In this document: piece after piece, positions 29,185 to 40,600 of the stretch
Numbering within the stretch: the stretch's first letter is position 1
How the letters are laid out: each line of letters begins with the position of its first letter
DNA from: Eledone cirrhosa
Lineage: Eukaryota
Length of the DNA stretch: 64,000 nt
Direction: 5' to 3'
NCBI GenBank assembly: GCA_964016885.1
Contig: OZ024744.1
Location: 108,314,001 to 108,378,000 of the forward strand
Notes under the pieces: model-generated
What the model saw: the letters and a program-made list of their open reading frames with translations, nothing else
What the model was told of the DNA's origin: nothing
Databases searched by the model: none
Translations under genes and position numbers: made by a program

Positions 29185-29820
29185 GAAAGTGGGTAGAACC
29201 AGTATTGAGAGGAGGATTATTATGAACCAGATGGGTTGGGCTGGTCATGTGGTCAGGATGTAAGATGGAAGGCTGCCTAAATAGTTATTTTATGGGGAGC
29301 TGACCAGAGGAAAAAGGCCACAGCATATACCAAAGAAGTGATTTAAGGATGTCATAAAAGACAATCTTAAAGCGCTGAAGATTGATATGGAGAACTGGCC
29401 GTATACAACATAGAGAAAGAGCATCAAATATGGATGTGATGTCTTTGAGAATAAGAGAGTGAAACATGCTGTTTTGAAGCGTTTACTTCGTAAGCAGGAC
29501 TCAAGTACAATGTCTGCAAAAATCCAGCAGCAATTGTGGTGCCTTGTATGTGGCCATTTTCTTCTAACAAGAGCTGGATTTGTTACCCATCTGAAATCAC
29601 ACGAGCCAGGGAAAAATGAAGCCACTTATGAGATGGTTCTACCACTAAACACTGCACGGTATGTTTGCAGTGAGTGTGGCTTAATTTATAAGTAAGCTGG
29701 TGAAATGACCGACCAGACATGGTAGAATGCATAAAGACACATTCCAAGCGGTTTTGTCAGGAGACAGATAATTCAAGACAGAAGCAGGTCTGATAGATCA
29801 CCTACGTGCACATGATCGAG
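29185..29820 (+). mobile_element. RTE (BovB-like) LINE 3' fragment with C2H2-like motifs
   Basis: WAGHVVRM.DGRLPK.LFYGEL…FKD.IK..LK; then CLVCG…HLKSH and CSECG. Confidence 0.8.
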
Positions 29821-30147
29821 CAATGTTCAATGAAGCTTCTGACAAGAAGTAGCAATCAACATATATATATATATACAATTTTGGCACATAATCTACATGC
29901 ATGAGAGATATCAAATATATACATATATGTAGAGTAGAATTTTAACTGTAGAATCAGATGGATTCTCATAACTTTCAGATAGTCTCACCTTTAATTTCGG
30001 GTAGGTATGTGTGTGGAAGGGTAGCTTAATTCTTCAAAATGTGCGTAGAATAGTAAAAGACAAACAAAGCAGTTAAAGTAAAGAGCTACTTCAATAAAGC
30101 AGGGACCGTGCCAGGAAGTAACAGCCAGAAAATGTCGTGTCAAGTGT

Positions 30148-30226
<79 letters not shown>

Positions 30227-30496
30227 TCCACTTAAGAAAGATGTTTTCTTTTTGTTTAGTTTCCGTTCGTTGTCTTGTCCTTTCTTTGTTAATTTTCTTC
30301 ACTAATGTAACATGTTTATCCCCCACCCCAACCCCCCAACCCATCTATTGTAATGGCTGACATTTTTTAACACTATATCTTATTTTCTTCTTGCTGTTTT
30401 CCTTTTTTCTTTCACTCATATTTCAGATTCTCTATGAGGCATCAAACATTTTCCCCGACGTCACAACAAATTGTATGTTTTTTTTTTGTAGCTTAA

Positions 30497-30917
30497 TGGC
30501 TATAAATTAATTGTTTCTATTTTAGGCACAAGGCCAGCAAATACCCAGTACATTACTGGTACTTTATTTTATCGACCCCGTAAGGATGAAAGGCAAAGTT
30601 AACCTCGGCCGGATTTGAACTCAGATCGTAAAGGGACGTAACTATGCTGGAAAGCATGGCGTCATACCCTCTACCGATACTGCCAATTCACCGCCCTTGT
30701 GGCTATGAATTAATTGTTTCTACTTTAGGCACAAGGCCAGCAATTATCCAGTGCATTACTGGTACTTTATTTTATCGACCCCGTAAGGATGAAAGGCAAA
30801 GTTAACCTCGGCGGGATTTGAACTCAGATCGTAAAGGGACGTAACTATGCTGGAAAGCATGGCGTCACACCCTCTACTGATACTGCCAATTCACCGCCCT
30901 TGTGGCTATGAATTAAT
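30497..30917 (-). mobile_element. Two full-length SINEs in tandem, separated by the target duplication
   Basis: 203-bp period; TGGCTATRAATTAAT occurs at 30497, 30700 and 30903. Confidence 0.88.
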
Positions 30918-31397
30918 GTTTTGTCTTTCGTCTCTTACTACTTGCACAGCGATTGGCTTATGTGTCAGACGCTGTGAGCCTAGATGGACCAGCGGTACCA
31001 TTGGTACGGGTAAAAACTGTCTAAGTCCGTCTCAACATGACCGATGTATATTTATTTTTTTAAAATTATTTTTTTAAGTTTTCCCCTTAAAAAATTGTTT
31101 TTTTTATTTGTTTTGTTTCCATTTGTTGTCTTGTCCTTTCTTTAATAATTTTCTTAAGTTTATATATATATATAAGTATGTATGTATACGTACATACATA
31201 TATGTATACAGACGTACAGTAGTATATATATATATATAGATACATACATGCACACATATATATATGCACGTATCGGTTTACCGAACATTTATTATAATGC
31301 TCGGTTTGTTTGTTTGTAAACAAACAAACAGCCCGAATTACGCCGTACAGTGTTTAGGCAACCACGTCACCTTTTTTGTTCAACACTGACACAGGAA

Positions 31398-31438
31398 CGA
31401 TGTACTAGTTTCAAGCTTATTAGCTATCGTCAGCATCG
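31398..31438 (-). ncRNA. Minimal type I hammerhead ribozyme (inverted copy)
   Basis: Reverse complement reads CGAUG-CUGACGA-UAGCUAAUAAGCUU-GAAA-CUAG-UA-CAUCG. Confidence 0.85.
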
Positions 31439-31858
31439 GAAACTAGTACATCGTTCCTGTGTCAGTGTTGAACAAAAAGGTAACGTGATTGCGTAAACAC
31501 TGTACGGCGTAATTCGGGCTGTTTGTTTGTTTACAAACAAACAAACCGAGCATTATAATAAATGTTCGGTAAACCGATACGTGCATATATATATGTGTGC
31601 ATGTATGTATATATATACATACTACTGTACGTCTGTATACATATATGTATGTACGTATACATACATACATACTTACATCTAAGTAAGTGCCGTACTAAGA
31701 GTGAGAAATGAAATTTCTTTTCATTCTATTCCATTTATCGTTTTCGGTGTGCCCGGCCGACTGAACTCACTCGATATTCAAATTAGGCTGCTCAGCCGTT
31801 AAAATGCATAAGGAAAGTATATACTTTCAGACGTTCAACCATCTGGCAGGAAGGTATA

Positions 31859-31899
31859 CGATGCTGACGATAGCTAATAAGCTTGAAACTAGTACATCG
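31859..31899 (+). ncRNA. Minimal type I hammerhead ribozyme
   Basis: Stem I CGAUG/CAUCG, core CUGACGA…GAAA, stem II AGC/GCU, palindromic stem III ACUAGU, cleavage triplet GUA. Confidence 0.85.
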
Positions 31900-32300
31900 T
31901 TCCTGTGTCAGTGTTGAACAAAAAGGTGACGTGATTGCCTAAACACTGTACGGCGTAATTCGGGCTGTTTGTTTGTTTACGAACAAACAAACCGAGCATT
32001 ATAATAAATGTTCGGTAAACCGATACGTGCATATATATATGTGTGCATGTATGTATATATATACATACTACTGTACGTCTGTATACATATATGTATGTAC
32101 GTATACATACATACTTACATCTAAGTAAGTGCCGTACTAAGAGTGAGAAATGAAATTTCTTTTCATTCTATTCCATTTATCGTTTTCGGTGTGCCCGGCC
32201 GACTGAACTCACTCGATATGCAAATTAGGCTGCTCAGCCGTTAAAATGCATAAGGAAAGTATATACTTTCAGACGTTCAACCATCTGGCAGGAAGGTATA

Positions 32301-32341
32301 CGATGCTGACGATAGCTAATAAGCTTGAAACTAGTACATCG
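32301..32341 (+). ncRNA. Minimal type I hammerhead ribozyme
   Basis: Identical to 31859-31899. Confidence 0.85.
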
Positions 32342-32746
32342 TTCCTGTGTCAGTGTTGAACAAACAGGTGACGTGGTTGCCTAAACACTGTACGGCGTAA
32401 TTCGGGCTGTTTGTTTGTTTACAAACAAACAAACCGAGCATTATAATAAATGTTCGGTAAACCGATACGTGCATATATATATGTGTGCATGTATGTATAT
32501 ATATACATACTACTGTACGTCTGTATACATATATGTATGTACGTATACATACATACATACTTACATCTAAGTAAGTGCCGTACTAAGAGTGAGAAATGAA
32601 ATTTCTTTTCATTCTATTCCATTTATCGTTTTCGGTGGGCCCGGCCGACTGAACTCACTCGATATGCAAATTAGGCTGCTCAGCCGTTAATATGCATAAG
32701 GAAAGTATATACTTTCAGACATTCAACTATCTGGCAGGAAGGTATA

Positions 32747-32787
32747 CGATGCTGACGATAGCTAATAAGCTTGAAACTAGTACATCG
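32747..32787 (+). ncRNA. Minimal type I hammerhead ribozyme
   Basis: Identical to 31859-31899. Confidence 0.85.
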
Positions 32788-33065
32788 TTCCTGTGTCAGT
32801 GTTGAACAAAAAGGTGACGTGGTTGCCTAAACACTGTACGGCCTAATTCGGGCTATCTGTTTGTTTACAAACAAACAAACCGAGCATTATAATAAATGTT
32901 CGGTAAACCGATACGTGCATATATATATGTGTGCACGTATGTATATATATACATACTACTGTACGTCTGTATACATATATGTATGTACGTATACATACAT
33001 ACATACATCTAAGTAAGTGCCGTACTAAGAGTGAGAAATGAAATTTCGTTTCATTCTATTCCATT

Positions 33066-33113
<48 letters not shown>

Positions 33114-33138
33114 ACCCCGTTCTTCCCCCAACCCTTAT

Positions 33139-33232
<94 letters not shown>

Positions 33233-33534
33233 CTACACACACACACCACCTTCAGCCCTCCCCGCTCGGACACTCCGTCTCCCTCTCCCCACTCCACCCG
33301 CCACCACCCCTACACACCCCACACCCTTCCACCACCTGTTTAACCCCCTTTTAATTTCAGTTTATTTTTATCATGCCTTTATTTTTAAATTTATCTCATT
33401 CCTTGTATTTTGATCATGCTTTATTTTTATTTTTATCTTTATTTTTTATTTTTTCATTCGCACCGTTTCCTTTCGCTATATGTCTCTCCACCACTCCCCT
33501 CACACCCTTTGAACTCTGTTCCCACACACTTCCC

Positions 33535-33566
33535 ACCTGAGGAAGGGCTTATGCCCGAAACGTCGT
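33535..33566 (+). ncRNA. Penelope-type minimal hammerhead, weak stem I
   Basis: CUGAGGA-A-GGGC-UUAU-GCCC-GAAA-CG-UC. Confidence 0.6.
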
Positions 33567-33773
33567 CCCCCACCAACACCCACTCTCAAGAGCGTGAAAT
33601 TAATAAACATTTGTTGTACTGCCTCTCTGTCTTGTCTCTGTTCAAATTTTTCCATTATATATATATATATATATATATATAAACAAGATATTTTTGCGAG
33701 CAATGAACCTTGATGTGGATTTAACCCCCAAAACTCTTTCCGAGCAATATAAGGAACACTTGTGATTATTTAT

Positions 33774-33811
33774 GCCCTTGAGAAGCCCAACTGGGCGAAA
33801 CGTACGTAGGT
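33774..33811 (+). ncRNA. Variant-core minimal hammerhead in a probable Penelope 3' end
   Basis: GCC-C-UUGAGAA-GCCCA/UGGGC-GAAA-CGUACG-UA-GGU. Preceded by MNLDVDL, which resembles a Penelope endonuclease C-terminus, and followed by AATAAA. Confidence 0.55.
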
Positions 33812-34010
33812 GGTGTTTTAAATAAACATGTTTTAACGGTCTATTCTCCGATTTTTTACTTTCCCACGTGCTTACGCTCTGCTAACTCTCTAGCCCACTA
33901 AATATTAAATACTGCCGGCACTAGTATCGAGCACCTTTGGCATACGCTACTTGGCAAATAACTATATGTATCACCTATCCCCCATTTTTTTCTCTTTCTC
34001 GATACGTAAA

Positions 34011-34099
<89 letters not shown>

Positions 34100-34712
34100 A
34101 TCGGAGAAAGCTAAAAGCGATACTCCGGCCAAATTCCACCTCACTCAACAAACATTAGGAAATACCTGAGTATATTCCTAATTAAACGTTCGGGGTGCTA
34201 ACTAATTGTATTGTGTGGAAAATTGGCTGTATCATTTCAAATAAGATATATCAAATATCTCTCTTCCCAGACGGACGTCTCGTTTCAATATAAGATTTCT
34301 ACAAGTTGGGTGAAATTATACCAATTTATGTAGAAGCTTGTATAAGATCAACAGATACTTATTCAAGTGGGCTCTTATAATTAATAACATTAATATTGAT
34401 AACTAAATCAACATCAATGTTTAGCGATAATCATCACAGTGCTTAATGGAGCAGCTAGGTTGTTAGTCCAGCAGTTCTAAAGAAAATTTCACACTGTCAC
34501 TAAAATAGGTGGAAGGAGATTACTGCCAAAAAACAATACATGTGCAGGTCAATGAATTCTGAAAAGAATTCAAGCCACGTGCTAGAACTCAATTGAATTT
34601 GAAAAAATAACCATGCGTGCGCATGTCTTGAAGACACACACAGATATTTTCACAGACAAAATCACAGAATGAGATACAAGAACAAACAATCAATATTCAT
34701 ATAAAGAAATAA

Positions 34713-36275
34713 ATAGAGGGAATTTCCGGGAGTATCTGATGGCTGGTTCCTCTCTTCTCCACTATATCGGTTACATCGTGTGGCCACTGTCGTCATTGAA
34801 ATATGTATCACAGCATTATCATTAAAGGACATCTGAAATTACTTCGCTTTTTCTTATTCGATATATACTCCGTCACTCCTATGTGGAAAAAGTACGTTGA
34901 GTGCTTGAATTGTATTGCATCAATATTTACCTTAAGAATTTAGCTCCAAAATGTTGAGCGCTCTATGGTGTAACCGATATAGTGGAGAAGAGAGGAACCA
35001 GCCATCAGATACTCCCGGAAATTCCCTCTAACATGGGGATGGATTACACACACTGGAAATCCCTGGTACTGGACGGACATAAAATTATAAACTAACTTTC
35101 GACAGGACAAATACGCTGAAATAAAAACAACGATAAACCCCTATATTCCTGCAGCAAATTGCATTTTCACAGAGGCCTTGAACAAAAGCCCCCTCACTTC
35201 ACCAGACAATAAATCATTATATGGATAAATTGACAATCACGTTAACCAAGTATACTCGCATTTCCATGCTCGTATATGTCTCTCATATATATATCTCATA
35301 TCTCATTTTACATATGTATCTCATTTTGCATCTATGTATTTTATGTATTTTTTGTATTTTTTAGCGTATTTCATATTTTGTATTTTGTGTTTTGTTCCAT
35401 CTGATAGAGATATTAACTATGTATTCGCCTAATTACTACGTTCCATACTGTAATTTACCCTCCGTTCTACTGTACGGTACTATCGTTCAATATGTGGATA
35501 GTATATCCCTAATATTGATCCCCCTTTCAAAACTTATTACTATAATTTAAACATCTCCCTATTTATTAGTTATTATATGTACATATATTTATTTACTTAC
35601 TTCAATCTAGATTCTAGCTTGTAATTTTTTTAAATTTTTTTATTTTTAATTTTTAATTTTTTGATTTTTAATTTTTTTTAATTTTTGATTTTTGATTTTT
35701 AATTTTTAGTTTTAATTTCCAACTCCCATTCATAATCTTCACTCTGAAACCATAATACCTTGAAATAAGTATATTTTCTCTTAGCGGGAGATGGTCAATT
35801 CTACTGTCCATGCTTAATTTAGAGGTAGTATTAAGACCTATTGATACTCATACACTCCCACCCCCAGTGGTTTCGGCCGGCTAACAGTAAACTATAACCG
35901 TGTCATATTACAGGTTGGATGGGGTCATTGTTTGGGTGAGGGGGGGGGGACCTGCCCAGGCGAGTTTCGTAGAACTCTGCGGTAGTTGATGGGCAACTTC
36001 CTTCGGACCTGCGCCTGCGCAGACCGGTGGCGGTGATTTGGGACTCACAAGGGAACGGACGAAGAACACAAGAGCACACGCTTTGTCCGTTCTCATGTCG
36101 ATTTAATTTGGATTGCCTCGGAAATATAACCTTATTATGTAACAAGCTGTCTGATGATATCACGGCACTGGCGCACCGAACCGTGGGGCTACTGTCGTCA
36201 TTGAAATATGTATTATTGAAATATGCATTATCATTAAAGGACTTTAACACCTGAAACTACTTCGGTTTTTCTTAT

Positions 36276-36278
<3 letters not shown>
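34713..36278 (+). mobile_element. Second, diverged copy of the long hammerhead element (1405-bp unit) with an inverted 5' piece
   Basis: ACTGTCGTCATTGAAATATGTAT at 34786 and 36191. Hammerhead 3' half at about 34786-34814; 5' half GCTGTCTGATGA at 36146. 34713-34777 is the reverse complement of about 34966-35030. Confidence 0.8.
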
Positions 36279-36327
<49 letters not shown>

Positions 36328-37209
36328 CAAATTAGTACCATTGAACAACAATTGTATTATAGACACCCTATATATTTCCGTAGGTACTTAATGCCTGTGG
36401 GGATATTAATCTCATTTTATATATATCTATATATTAATGTCAACAATGTCAGTATTCCGTGAGTCATAATTCTCAATTATCATTGGTTCATATATTTCGA
36501 ATGACTCCGCCCACCTCAACGACGCCAAACTTAAATTAATATGCATAATGTCAATGAGGGAGTCAGAGGGGAGAGTAAGAAACAGAGAAGCAACGTGAAC
36601 GCTGCGTTTGGATACACTATGTATATGTGTTAGTGTAGAGACATGTGTGTGTGTGATGTGTGTGGAAATAAGAAGGGAAGGAAAGCAATAACTATTAACA
36701 TGTGTGCGTGTGTATGGACGTGCGCGTATGTTTATGTGTGTATGCGTGCGTGCAGCGTTTTACAGAAAGAAAAAACTATCAACATGTATGAGTGTGTGCG
36801 TGTGTGTAAGTGCACGGGTGCGTGTGTAAGTTTGCGTGCGTCGCTTCTGATTGCGGTGATAATAAAACCTTATCATATGCTGAGTCTGGCAAAAAGGTTG
36901 GGTCCTATGGTCGACCAGGGCTAGAGTAATATTGAAAAACGATTCTATTTTCGAAGTAGAAGGATCCACCATTTAGAGTTCAAACCAGGGGTTGAACTCT
37001 GGGCACATTGCCTGTTTATTACTCAGTGGCTAAGAGCCTAGAAATTACTGAATACATTTTTGTGTCATATAATTTGTTGCTTTATTATTATAGCTGACCA
37101 CTTATAGATAAACGTGTTATCCATATCCATATTAATTTGGCATTTGTATAAAACATTTCAAGTAAATAGGGACCTTTTTTACATTCACGGACATCTTTTA
37201 TATTAATTA

Positions 37210-37684
<475 letters not shown>

Positions 37685-40600
37685 GGGAAGAAGAATAAGA
37701 ATAAGGGAAGAAGACGCACGAGGTGGTAGAAGGTCATGAAATCGCTCCCGTAAGTTTTTGATTTTTAACATATTTAAATCAATTGTGAAATAACAATTCT
37801 TAGTACAAATGTTCCATAAACCACCGAATGAAGTCCCATCAAATTTCGGATCCATATTATATTGTTATATCGCTCAAATATCCAATTTTGTATTATATAT
37901 TTTGTATTAAAAAAAAGAAAATGGTTATAAATGGAAGAAAACACCCTCTGTCTACACTATATAGAACAGCAAAATAACAGCAATTTCACCAACACCAGAA
38001 ACTTGATACACCACCTATCCCATCACACTAAATATAACAGCCAGATAACGGCAATTTCACCACCACCACCATCAATCCCGGCATGATAATAATAATTACT
38101 ATTATTATTGTCTCAAATTTTAACAAAATGTTTAATTCCAATTTTACGGGAATATGTCAACACAATATATATTAAACATACGAACACAAACTCATAGATA
38201 CTACATATCCCAAAACCCAGTAACCACAACGCCACCGCCGCCACCACCCCATCCATCATCTTGCTACCACTATCCAATCGCCGCCGCCACCACTCCTTCA
38301 TTGCTACCACCACTATTCCCCTGTTAACTTGAGAGAGAAAGGGGAAGGTGGCGGTATCACTAGATAAGGGAGAGGCTAGCAAAAGATATAAATAGATTGA
38401 CTTAGTGACCTGGCCACCGGCCAAACGTCAACATCAACAACTATGGGACTGCTGGCTCAACCCTTCCTCACCAACAATATAAAAAGCCCCGGCACCACCA
38501 CCGACATAGCCAACAACAATAACAGGCAACTACAGCAAAAAGTATATTATATTATTGTAATGCACTGGGTGATTGCTGGCCTTGTGCCTGGAGTGGAGAC
38601 AATTATTAATAATTTCATTCTTAAGCCACGCAATGCTCACATTAAGGAACCACTCATGATAATAACAATTTAAAAAAAACAACAAAAAGAAAACCCCGTG
38701 ACCAAGAAATACCGGGATGGCGGCCGGCGGGGAATAGCCGTGTCTCTAGGGGAGAACGACTCCTCTAGTCTTGGTTGACACTCGTTCTAGAAGTGGTAAC
38801 ACGAAATGATTACCCCTTGGCGGATAAGGATAAAACGCGACAAAATAAAGTAAATGTCGAATGATAAAATCTCATACCGGATCGGCCGTCACCCGGGTAA
38901 AAAAGGGCCGCGTCCCTCAGAGAGCAACCAGACTGGGGTCGAAAAATCAGCTAATGGTTCAAACCTTCCCATCACTTCGGTGCTGGAGACCTCCCATAAC
39001 CGGAATACTCCTACTGTTGGCCCTCCATGCTCACCACCAAGAAATCCAAAGAAAAAGAGAGAAAAATGGTCAAGGGAAGATAATAAAGAAGTCCTTGAGG
39101 CTTTCTACACTGCCATGTACTACCCATCAAATACATCGAATACAGAACAGACATATATCAACTGGAAAAAGAAACATCCCGAAAACAGAGGCTATATTGA
39201 CAGTAACAAACTAGCCAATATACGAAGAAATATTGTAAGAAAAAAGGTACTAACTGATATAGAAATTGATCAGATCAAGCTATTAGCACAAAGTCAGCGA
39301 AGGGGAAATGAAACATGTGTCAGTGAAAACGAGGTAAACTGTAACACTTCGAACCCCAGGGTTGGGGCGGAATCACTGGCAACAGAACAAATTAAAGAAA
39401 GGATCGAAAAAGTGGAGGGAGTGCATGCTCAGGATGAAACTCCAAATGAAAATAATGAGATCGTAAATGATAAAGAAATGAATGAGAATGAACTTGCCAA
39501 CTTGAAGGATGAAATTATGATCGAATGGATGAAAATGAAAGAATCTGACATGGGGCAACGAGACACCCTCCCCAAGATCCAGAACTCCAAACAGAACCAA
39601 AAGATGATACACAAGACTAACATAATTCTCAAAAACATTATCATCACAAACAAACTAAACATTACTGATTTAAATCATCTCTATTATGCATCGGCTAAAG
39701 TCACCACTCACTTATGTGGAGTGAAGATGAAAAAACAAAGGAATTCCCACAAGAAATCTACTTGTCAAGAGAACATCAATCGCCAAATAAACCTTCTCCG
39801 ATCTGACATAGAAATTTTAACAAACTATAAAGTAGGTGAACATGTTAAACAAACTAAACTTAAAAAATTGAAAAAAAAAGTACAGTATAAAATCAACATG
39901 TGACATAGACATGCTGATAGAAATAATCAAGCAAAAAGTGTCGGCCAAAGCTGCTCGTATAAGGCGCTTTGAAAAACGATCTAGATTCTATAAGGACAAT
40001 AATATGTTCAAAAACAACCAAAGAAACTTCTACAGAAAAATTGGTAAGTCAACAATAACTGCTAAATCAATACCACCCAAGGAGGAAGTGCAAGAATTCT
40101 GGGAAAAGATCTGGGCCGAAGAAAAAGTTCATAACATACATGCCCCATGGATAGAGAGACAAATGAAAGATACAGCTCACCTTGAGGAACAAATATGGGA
40201 AAATATAACAGTTGAACAGTTGCGCTTGACTCTAAGAAAAACCAGCAAATGGAAATCCCCAGGAAAAGACAAAATACAAAACTTTTGGATAAATGCCTTC
40301 ACAGAGTCTCATGAGCTGTTAGCCCAACTTTACAATGAAATAGTTACGGAGCCAGAAAAGATACCATCATGGCTAGTTAACGGCATTACATTCCTGCTTC
40401 CGAAGAATGATGAGACAAACAATCCCAAAAATTACAGACCGATAACTTGCTTGGCCACAATGTATAAAATTTTAACATCAGTCCTAACTGAATACACATA
40501 TGACCACCTGATAACAAATGACCTATTTCCCATTGAGCAGAAAGGGTGTAAACGAGGCTCATATGGCTGTAAGGATCAGCTTCTGGTTAACAAAATGATA

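Larger units (their letters stand above)
31170..33066 (+). mobile_element. Retrozyme-like tandem array: 442-446-bp unit, about 3.6 copies, plus an inverted partial copy at 31170-31438
   Basis: The GAAACTAGTACATCG register recurs at 31439, 31885, 32327 and 32773. Each internal junction carries a hammerhead; there is no credible ORF. Confidence 0.85.

Noticed and set aside
30965-31035. HDV-like or twister ribozyme (CGCTG/CAGCG and GATGGAC/GTCCGTC pairings)
   Set aside because: P3, L3 and P1.1 cannot be assigned; a single copy gives no covariation support.
32219-32226. Octamer ATGCAAAT as an snRNA-type promoter in the retrozyme unit
   Set aside because: Mutated in one unit, with no PSE or clear A/B boxes; an 8-mer is weak evidence.
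39865-39905. Programmed frameshift in Dong A
   Set aside because: One extra A in an A9 run; family B is continuous here, so mutation or homopolymer error is more likely.
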